64,000 bases of DNA from Longimicrobiales bacterium (GTDB lineage: Bacteria; Gemmatimonadota; Gemmatimonadetes; Longimicrobiales; Gaopeijiaceae): positions 448,001 to 512,000 of the forward strand of contig CBDFIQ010000002.1 in the NCBI GenBank assembly GCA_965248195.1. The letters are read 5' to 3'. The notes beneath the pieces were generated by a model, which ran no database searches, was not told the DNA's origin, and was given only the letters and a program-made list of their open reading frames with translations. Below, in pieces: positions 9,806 through 17,203 of the stretch; within the stretch, counting starts at the first letter, position 1, and every line of letters starts with the position of its first letter. The position numbers were made by a program, and so were the translations under genes.

Positions 9806-11181
9806 GGTAGTGTCCCTAGATTTGTGTAAAAGCGGATAAGCTGGACAGGAGGGAAAGAAAAACGGAAGCTCCTCTGTTGTTGTTCACTGTCACATGAACC
9901 CGGGAGTCCGGGTCTGCAGAGCAGGCTCGGAACCGGAGAGGAGCTTCCGATGCAAGAGATTGTGGAGATCGGTCGGGCCACGCAAGACGAGCTACGCGAT
10001 GATTTGCGCGAGCTGTTTCAAGGCGCGATCCGGCTGACGCTCGAGATGGTGCTGGAAGAGGAGCTGAAGGCCATGGTAGGTGCACGCCGCTTCGAGCGGG
10101 TGGGAAGCCGGAAGGACCATAGGAACGGCACATACCTGAGGCGGCTGCTGACGAGCCTGGGGCAGATCGAGGTCGCCATGCCCCGGAGCCGGGACAACGG
10201 TTCGCCGGCCGACGTGATCGGCCGCTACCAGCGCAGGAGCCCCGAGCTCGACGAGATGATGGTCGAGGCGTATGTGAGCGGCGTGTCACAGCGCAAGATG
10301 GGCGACGTCACCGAGGCGCTGATGGGCGAGCGTGTTGGGCGCTCGACGGTGAGTCGTGTGGCAAAACGGCTCGACGAGGCCGTGGAAGGGCTGCGCCGTG
10401 CGCCGATCGAGGGGCCTCACCCCTATCTGTACCTGGACGCCACGTTCTTGGACGCCCGCTGGGCCCGCAAAGTCGAGAACGTGAGTGCGCTCGTGGCGTA
10501 TGCAGTGGGCCCTGAGGGTCACCGACGGCTCCTGGCCGTCACGCTGGGCGCTGAGGAGTCGCAGCAGAGCTGGTCGGAGCTCCTCGAGCAACTCCAGGAC
10601 CGCGGCCTCGGCGGTGTCGAGCTCGTGATCGCCGATGAGCACGCAGGCCTGGCAGCTGCGGTCCGCCGCTTCCTGCCCGAGGCACGCCGTCAGAGGTGTA
10701 CGGTCCATCTGCAGCGTAATGTGGGGGCGAGGGTCCCCCACCGCCTACGCAAGCGCGTGGCGCGTGAGGTCTCGGTGATCTTCCAGACATCCGGACTCGC
10801 CGAGGCGAAGAAGCTCCTGGGCGAGTTCGGCGCACGCTGGAAGAAGGAGCTGCCCGAGGCCGTGGAGGTCCTGGAGCGGGGCTTCGGGGCAGCGACGCAG
10901 TTCTACGCGTTCCCCGAGGCGCACTGGCCCCGGCTGCGTACCACCAACAGCCTCGAGCGGCTGCACGGCGAGATCAAACGCAGGATCAAGGCCGCCGGCG
11001 CCTTCCCGGACCGGGCCAGCGCCCTCAGGCTCATCACGGCCGTCGCACTCAGGACCACACACGTCTGGGGCGACCGGCGTTACCTCGACCTCTCACTCCT
11101 CCAGAAACAGGAGGTCGCCCAAGCAGCCTAGCCGAAGGCGAGGAGCTTCCTCCGCTCTTACACACAAATCGGGACTTGACC
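9806..11181 (+). mobile_element. IS256-family insertion sequence, copy 2 (1376 bp), inverted relative to copy 1
   Basis: Same TIRs and identical transposase; own 9-bp TSD CCGCCAGGC at 9797-9805 and 11182-11190. Confidence 0.95.
9950..11131 (+). CDS. IS256 family transposase
   Basis: Protein identical to 6736..7917. Confidence 0.97.
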   Translation: MQEIVEIGRATQDELRDDLRELFQGAIRLTLEMVLEEELKAMVGARRFERVGSRKDHRNGTYLRRLLTSLGQIEVAMPRSRDNGSPADVIGRYQRRSPELDEMMVEAYVSGVSQRKMGDVTEALMGERVGRSTVSRVAKRLDEAVEGLRRAPIEGPHPYLYLDATFLDARWARKVENVSALVAYAVGPEGHRRLLAVTLGAEESQQSWSELLEQLQDRGLGGVELVIADEHAGLAAAVRRFLPEARRQRCTVHLQRNVGARVPHRLRKRVAREVSVIFQTSGLAEAKKLLGEFGARWKKELPEAVEVLERGFGAATQFYAFPEAHWPRLRTTNSLERLHGEIKRRIKAAGAFPDRASALRLITAVALRTTHVWGDRRYLDLSLLQKQEVAQAA

Positions 11182-11494
11182 CCGCCAGGCTCGTGCACCG
11201 CAGTTTATGGAATTACAAGCGACCTAACCAGGGCATGCACCCGAACCGTGTTCGGCCATCGGGGGCGTTTTTCTTGAAAGGCTAGCGACAGCTGTAACGC
11301 AACCTCTTGGTGTATGGCCGTCTCGCTATTGCATAGGTTGAACGCAACCGTCACGCCAGTGGGCAGGTAGGCGCAAGCAGAAGGCCAAGACCTCATGTTG
11401 ACGGCGTTGGTCGTGCCTCCCACCTTATCCGGACCCGTGAAGAGGCTCTTGGTTTGGCTTAACCAGCGGGTGCCTCGAGAAGAAGGAGAAAACC

Positions 11495-12373
11495 ATGTAC
11501 CGACGAAACTTCCTGGGCGCTGCGCTCGTCGCCGGTGGAGTCACCCCGGCCCTTTCGCGACAGGCGCTGGCGGCCGACCATGCGGGCAGAGCCGCGCCCT
11601 CGACAGGCGCTGCCGAGCGCTCGCTGCAGACGCATCGCATGCAGGTTGCCAGCTCGCTGCACATGTGCGTCTTCGACACCTTCGGCACCGTCGTCGACTG
11701 GCGCAGCTCAGTCATCGCTGAGGTGGAGGAGCTCGCACGTCAGAAAGGCTGGGATCTCGACGCTGAGGCTTTCGCCGTGGCATGGCGCGCCAATTATGGC
11801 CCGTCGCGCAATCGCGTCCGCACGGGTGAGCTCCCCTGGACGAAGCTCGACGATCTACACCGGATGACCCTCGACGATCTGCTGGTACGCTTCCAGATCG
11901 AAGGGCTCAGCGAAGAAGAAAAAGTGCACCTCAACAAGGTCTGGCACCGGCTGCACCCATGGCCCGACGCGCCGGGGGGACTGGCGCGCCTCAAGACCCG
12001 ATACGTGCTCTCGCCGCTGTCGAACGGCAACCTGGCTCTGTTGACGGAAATGGCGAAATTCGGGGGCCTTCCCTGGGACTGCGTGCTGGGATCGGACGTC
12101 GCGCGGCACTATAAGCCGGACAAAGAGATGTACTTGATGCCAAGTGAGTTCTTCGACATTCCGCCATCGGCCGTGATGATGGTCGCGGCGCACGCCGGCG
12201 ACCTGGACTCGGCGAAGAGCTACGGCCTGCGGACCGCCTATGTCCATCGGCCGGGCGAGCGGGGACCGGACGCCGCGCCATGGGACCCGCCCGAGGTCGG
12301 TCGGTTCGATTTCCTAGCGACGGACTTCAACGACCTGGCGTCGCAGCTGGGTATATGGTCGCTGCCGGCATAG
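11495..12373 (+). CDS. Haloacid dehalogenase type II with Tat signal
   Basis: MYRRNFL twin-arginine motif; FDTFGTVVDWR, LSNGN, YKPD, MVAAHAGDL. Confidence 0.9.
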   Translation: MYRRNFLGAALVAGGVTPALSRQALAADHAGRAAPSTGAAERSLQTHRMQVASSLHMCVFDTFGTVVDWRSSVIAEVEELARQKGWDLDAEAFAVAWRANYGPSRNRVRTGELPWTKLDDLHRMTLDDLLVRFQIEGLSEEEKVHLNKVWHRLHPWPDAPGGLARLKTRYVLSPLSNGNLALLTEMAKFGGLPWDCVLGSDVARHYKPDKEMYLMPSEFFDIPPSAVMMVAAHAGDLDSAKSYGLRTAYVHRPGERGPDAAPWDPPEVGRFDFLATDFNDLASQLGIWSLPA

Positions 12374-12473
12374 CCGACCCTGCTGAGCGGGTGAGCTACG
12401 CGTCGAGCTCCCTCCACCGGGGGAGGGAGCTCGGGTTGCTGCGTGGCGTTTTTCGGAGGATGATCTCGGGGAG

Positions 12474-12809
12474 CTACGGGGCGGGGAGGCACATACCCTC
12501 TCTGTTTCCGCCAATCTGCTCGAACTCGCAAGACGCTTGCCTGGCTCCAGAGTACTGGTTCTGCCGTATGGCGGTGATCCGGACGTTATACCTCTCTTCC
12601 ACCTTGGCGTCGGGCACGTTGACGACGATCGAACCGATCCTCGCCTGGCCGTAGGGACCGGTATATTGATTGTCTTCTTCGGTCGCGATCGTGATCTCGT
12701 ATTCCTGTCCGACTTCGGCATCCTGCGCCGTTGCCGGCAAGGCCAGCGCTAAGACCGCAGTAAAAGCCAGCGGTAAAACCGCGGTAGTTGTGAACATAAA
12801 CCTGAGCAT
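12474..12809 (-). CDS. Small secreted protein resembling a single TRAM (OB-fold) domain
   Basis: Signal peptide ending ATA-Q; EVGQEYEITI...GQARIGSIVVNVPDAKVEERYNVRITAI; GGAGG RBS upstream of 12809. Confidence 0.6.
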   Translation of the reverse strand: MLRFMFTTTAVLPLAFTAVLALALPATAQDAEVGQEYEITIATEEDNQYTGPYGQARIGSIVVNVPDAKVEERYNVRITAIRQNQYSGARQASCEFEQIGGNREGMCLPAP

Positions 12810-12867
12810 AGATACCTCCCGAGACATTGGCTTGAATCGCAGTTCGCCCAACCGATCACGGCCGCGC

Positions 12868-13551
12868 CTAGTCTACCCCTGTTTTCTTGAAAACAAAGAC
12901 GTGTTGGCTGGGAATGAGGTCGATGACTCTGTCTCGTCTGAAACCCAGCGCTGGAATTTCCTCCATGATCTCCGCCTCGCTCATCTTGTGGAGAGGTGCG
13001 ACTCGCGAATCGGGGTTCTCGGCCTTGTACTCGACGATCAACATCTGCCCGTCGGGCTTCATAGCTTTGCGGACGTAACGCATCATCTCAACCGGATGGG
13101 AAAACTCGTGGTATGAAATGACGATCAGGACATGATCGACGCTATCGCGGGGCAGCTTCGGGTCGTCTACGTTTCCGAGAATCGGTACGATGTTTTCGTG
13201 CCCGAATCTCTCGATCATCATTTCCAGACCGGCGATCATTTCGGGCTGGACATCCACCGCGAGCACCTTGCCTGTTCGTCCGACTCGCTCGGCGGCGCGC
13301 AGGGAGAAAAAACCGCCGCCGGCGCCGATATCTGCAACGACATCGCCCTCCTCGATCCCCAGGAGATCGAGGAGTTCCTCAGGCTTCTCGCTTTCGACTC
13401 TTTCCGGCCGGTAAAACCAAGCGGCATCCTGCGGATCGACCAGCTCGGTTTGGCGCTCGGTGCCGAGCGAGCAGGATTGTGCCGCGGATACAGCCGGCAG
13501 TAAGAAAAGCAGCGGCAGCAGTAACAGGCCATTAGTGCGATTCGGTCTCAT
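12868..13551 (-). CDS. Class I SAM-dependent methyltransferase with signal peptide
   Basis: VADIGAGGG motif I, VLAVDVQPEM, YHEFSHP. Confidence 0.9.
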   Translation of the reverse strand: MRPNRTNGLLLLPLLFLLPAVSAAQSCSLGTERQTELVDPQDAAWFYRPERVESEKPEELLDLLGIEEGDVVADIGAGGGFFSLRAAERVGRTGKVLAVDVQPEMIAGLEMMIERFGHENIVPILGNVDDPKLPRDSVDHVLIVISYHEFSHPVEMMRYVRKAMKPDGQMLIVEYKAENPDSRVAPLHKMSEAEIMEEIPALGFRRDRVIDLIPSQHVFVFKKTGVD

Positions 13552-13715
13552 CGTAGGCGGATTCTACGCTGTGCAGAGCGCATGGACCAGGATTTCATTT
13601 TTCGCGTGCCGGCCCCTTCATACACCCGAGAGCGTTCAGGCGGGAGACGGCATCAGACATGGCGGACAAGATACGTCTAACGCGGGAGAGACTGCGAGCG
13701 CCATGCAGCGCAAGG

Positions 13716-13748
13716 CTGTAGCGCAACCTGTATCAGCGCTGGCCAGCG
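13716..13748 (+). repeat. att-like arm fragment C
   Basis: gctgtagcgcaacctgtatcagcgctggccagcg resembles 1106-1149 (gctgtatcacaacctgtatca...agcgctggccagcg). Confidence 0.6.
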
Positions 13749-14301
13749 GTGGTCTGCTCGGGATCGGCTGGGTCGGCGCATACCACTCACCCGGCACGTC
13801 ACCCTGGGTCACCGGCACTTCGGTGATGGGCCACACCGGTTCACCGGTAACCCGGTCGAGCACGAACATGTAGGACTGCTTGGTCGGTTGGATCAGGGCT
13901 TTGATCTCGCGCCCGTCGACGGTGATGTCCAGCAACACGGGCGCTGCTGGCAGGTCCCAGTCCCAGATGTCGTGGTGGACCGTTTGGTAGTGCCAGACTC
14001 GTTCGCCCGTGTCCAGGTCGACCGCCACGACGCTGCCAGAGAACAGATTGTCGCCGCGGCGATGCCCACCGTAGTAGTCGCCGGTTGGCGCCTCGACCGG
14101 GAAGTAGGCCATGTCCAGCTCAGGGTCGATGGTCATTTGGGCCCAGACCCCGGTGTTCCCTGTGTAGCGCCAGGAATCGTCTAGCCACGTATCGTTCCCG
14201 CACTCGTCCGCGTCGAGAATCGTGTGGAAGATCCATTTCCGTTCGCCGGTCCGGACGTCGAAGCCGCGGACGTAGCCTTTGACGTTCGTGCGCGATGGCG
14301 G
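13748..14301 (-). pseudogene. Near-identical 554-bp internal duplicate of the PQQ dehydrogenase gene (17967-18520)
   Basis: Colinear match with scattered substitutions; lacks both ends of the gene. Confidence 0.92.
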
Positions 14302-14438
14302 TCGAAGAAGAAAATTTCTTGCAGAGCCCAGGCGAATCCCGCTACGTAGAATAGTAACATATTCCCAGAATTTACAGGTGGGCCTACGGAGTATGCGGCC
14401 AAGCCCTGCCTCCCGATCCCCAAACGTCCACGAACGGC

Positions 14439-16613
14439 ATGACAGAGCGCCAGATCTATTACCACAAAGCTACCCGCCGCGGTCCGGCGGTGAACTGGAC
14501 TGCAGGAGTGGCCGTGGTGGTTTGGGGCCTGCTCTTTTTCACGGACGTACGCAGCTTGGTTCCCTTCGAGCTCTTATGGCTCGACCAGTGGATTCAGCCG
14601 ATTGGCGCCGGGGTCATCATCATTACGCTGTTTCTACGTTGGATGCTACTCCGACGAAGCGGCGAATATGTCGAGCTAGATGATTCCAGCATCCGGCGGG
14701 TTGGGGCGAACGGCGATGGGACACGGATCGCCTGGACCGATGTCGTAGATCTGCGGACCAACGCGATACATGGCTCGTTCGAATTGGTGGAGTCCTCGGA
14801 CAGACAGCTGCTGCCGCTCAATCGCGGGCTTGAGGACTACTGGACGCTGATGACCGCCGTCGTTGGCCAGCTCGATCGGCATCGAGAGCGTCGTTGGGCC
14901 TCGGACGTGGGCACGAGCCCCGCCATACATGCACGGACCTTTGCGCTTAATTGGAGGTTGGGCGCTGGATTAGCCCTGGTCTTTTTGATCGTTCTTTTCT
15001 ACGCGAGTCGAACTGATCTGGTTCAGTTCATCTTCGCCGCCTTGGTCGTCGCGGCTTGGGCCGCGTCCGTGTTTAGGCGTCCGTATAAGGTCGTGGTCGA
15101 CACTGTTGCCTTACGCCTGTGCTTCCCACTCGGCATTCAGCACGTAGCGCTGAGTGACATCGTGGATTGTTCACTCTTACCGTCTCGCAATCGTGATATG
15201 TGGCTCTTAGAGCCGGTATTTACTATCGAGGGTGGCGATACCGTTGTTCTGAAGGGCTTCTATAAGGAGGCGTTCGCCCTCTACGACCAGATTCAACGTG
15301 CTCGATCGAATGATGTAGTGATTCCATCTGGCGACCCCGCTCCGAACCTGTGGCAGCCCAAGGTCCGGCGTAGAACCTTGATCGCCGTTGCGGTGATGTT
15401 GCTGGTCGGCATCAGCTACTCATTCTTCACCGGCGGCATTGTTATGGTCTCAGCGGCGCGTTCTGGTCGCGAGCCGATCCTTCGCATGTCGCTTCAGCTT
15501 GGCGCCGATGTCGACGTCCGTGACGGGAACCGGCGCACTCCGCTCTACGAAGCGGCGAAGTACGGCCAGTTGGAGATTGTTCGACTGCTTGTTGAACGGG
15601 GCGCCGATCTCCACGCCGCGCGGGACCATCCCGAAATGACGCCGCTGCACGTAGCAGCCGAATACGGTCAGCTGGAGGCCGTCCGCTTCCTGCTGGAGAT
15701 TGGCGCCGACGCGAATGTCGAGAACGTCTGGCAGCAAACACCCCTCTCACAGCTCGCCTGGCATGCGCAGGAGAACGGTGCTGAGATCGCGGCGCACCTG
15801 CTTGCGCACGGTGCGGACCTGAACTCACGAGACAACCGGGGATTCACTCCGCTGCACAGAGCGGTTCGTTACGGCAAGGTCCCGTTCACGCGCTATTTGG
15901 CGGCAAACGGTGCAGACGTGAACGCGCGCACGGATCAGGGAGGGACCGTGCTTCAGTACGCCTTGGAAAACGGGCAGCTGGAGGCGGCCCTAGTGGTGGT
16001 GGAGGCAGGGGCACTGGTCGATGCCGTCAATCCTGAAAGCGGAAAGTCAATGTTGGCCAACGCGGTGCAGCGTGTCGAAACGCCGGTCGTAGAGTTCCTT
16101 TTACGGCACGGGGCGCGGTCGGATTTGCCTGATAACGACGGCTGGTCGCCGCTCCATATCGCCGCGTACGATGATCGCGTCGACTACGTGCGGAGCATGC
16201 TCGACGCCGGGGCGGACATCGAACTCCCGGGTCCGAATGGTAGGCTGCTGGAGTTGGCGGCGCGCTTTGGAACGCTCGAGATGGTCAACCTACTCCTAGC
16301 TCGGGGTGCACAACCGAACACGCTTGACGAGGAGGGATGGGCGCCCCTGCATTACGCCGCTCACGACGGAAACGTCGAGCTGGTGAAAGCGATGCTGGAT
16401 GTCGGTGCGGATCCGAATGTCAGCAGCGACAGCTCTCCGCCGCCCGTATGGTGGGCAGCCAGCGAAGGTCATGCGGAGGTGGTGCAACTTCTCTGGGAGC
16501 GTGGCGCCGATGTAAATGAGCTATACCGGAGGTGGACTCCCTTGGCTGCGTCTCTGCGGCAGGGCCATACGGAGGTTGCGACATTGTTGCGAAGCCTCGG
16601 CGCGCGCGACTAG
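14439..16613 (+). CDS. Membrane-anchored ankyrin repeat protein
   Basis: About 10 ankyrin repeats (TPLYEAA, TPLHVAA, TPLHRAV, SPLHIAA, APLHYAA); N-terminal TM-hairpin plus soluble module present twice. Confidence 0.92.
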   Translation: MTERQIYYHKATRRGPAVNWTAGVAVVVWGLLFFTDVRSLVPFELLWLDQWIQPIGAGVIIITLFLRWMLLRRSGEYVELDDSSIRRVGANGDGTRIAWTDVVDLRTNAIHGSFELVESSDRQLLPLNRGLEDYWTLMTAVVGQLDRHRERRWASDVGTSPAIHARTFALNWRLGAGLALVFLIVLFYASRTDLVQFIFAALVVAAWAASVFRRPYKVVVDTVALRLCFPLGIQHVALSDIVDCSLLPSRNRDMWLLEPVFTIEGGDTVVLKGFYKEAFALYDQIQRARSNDVVIPSGDPAPNLWQPKVRRRTLIAVAVMLLVGISYSFFTGGIVMVSAARSGREPILRMSLQLGADVDVRDGNRRTPLYEAAKYGQLEIVRLLVERGADLHAARDHPEMTPLHVAAEYGQLEAVRFLLEIGADANVENVWQQTPLSQLAWHAQENGAEIAAHLLAHGADLNSRDNRGFTPLHRAVRYGKVPFTRYLAANGADVNARTDQGGTVLQYALENGQLEAALVVVEAGALVDAVNPESGKSMLANAVQRVETPVVEFLLRHGARSDLPDNDGWSPLHIAAYDDRVDYVRSMLDAGADIELPGPNGRLLELAARFGTLEMVNLLLARGAQPNTLDEEGWAPLHYAAHDGNVELVKAMLDVGADPNVSSDSSPPPVWWAASEGHAEVVQLLWERGADVNELYRRWTPLAASLRQGHTEVATLLRSLGARD

Positions 16614-16682
16614 ACGAAATTTCCTTCCCTAAGCTGAGGGGGGACGTTGCCGCTTGCCGCCCCGCGCCCTGTTCCAAAATGA

Positions 16683-16824
16683 ACCCCCTGATTCCAGCGC
16701 TTACTAGCGCCCACGAACGCTCGGCTGATATCTGATAAGCGTGAGGTCGGTAGTTCGAGTCTACCCAGGCCCACTGTTTTGGAAGTGTAAGCCCCGCTTG
16801 GTCTTAGGTGACTGGGTGGGGCTT
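16683..16824 (+). repeat. att-like site B: phased AGCGC repeats, tRNA-Ile 3' half and hairpin
   Basis: Shares cccct..ttccagcgct...cgctcggct.atatctgataagcgtgagg with site A; hairpin aagccccgc...gtggggctt at 16789-16824. Confidence 0.8.
16732..16774 (+). pseudogene. tRNA-Ile(GAT) 3' half (att core)
   Basis: CTGATAAGCGTGAGGTCGGTAGTTCGAGTCTACCCAGGCCCAC with a perfect T-arm GGTAG-TTCGAGT-CTACC; homology starts at the anticodon loop. Confidence 0.88.
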
Positions 16825-16874
16825 CTTGTGGTGCATGGACCTGCCGCCCCCGCTCAGCCAGGGGCTCTAACGTG

Positions 16875-17000
16875 TCAGTTCGGCACCAGCCGACTCAACT
16901 CCTCGAACCAGTTCTCGACCAAGATGAGTTCGGCGTTCTCCTCTTCCGATTACCCTAACATCAGCATCACGAATCGCTGATCGTCGGGTGTCACGTCGTA
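16875..17000 (-). pseudogene. C-terminal remnant of a Ser/Thr kinase-TolB/PD40-type protein
   Basis: YDVTPDDQRFVMLMLG*SEEENAELILVENWFEELSRLVPN*, with an internal stop. Confidence 0.65.
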
Positions 17001-17203
17001 TTGAGGATGACCGCCTCCGGGCAAGCAGCTGGCGAGGGAAAACAGCACCTCTTGCTGGCCCACCAAGCGCCCACGAGGCCGGCGACCAACAGCGCGTGGC
17101 ACAGCGCTAGCCGATCGCCATCGCCGCACTCGTGTATCTCGAACCGCAGGCCGTTCGTGTTGACGAAACTCGTGGCGATAGCGCTCTCGTGCACCCCGGA
17201 CCG

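Noticed and set aside
6686..11181. Composite transposon that arrived as a unit
   Set aside because: Each IS has its own TSD and the outer flanks do not match each other
11291..11305. gctgtaacgcaacct resembling the att arm
   Set aside because: Second CTGTATCA box and phased repeats are absent; may be chance
16700..16777. Complete tRNA-Ile gene
   Set aside because: No D-arm, no 5' acceptor strand and no 5' anticodon-stem strand; only the 3' half is present
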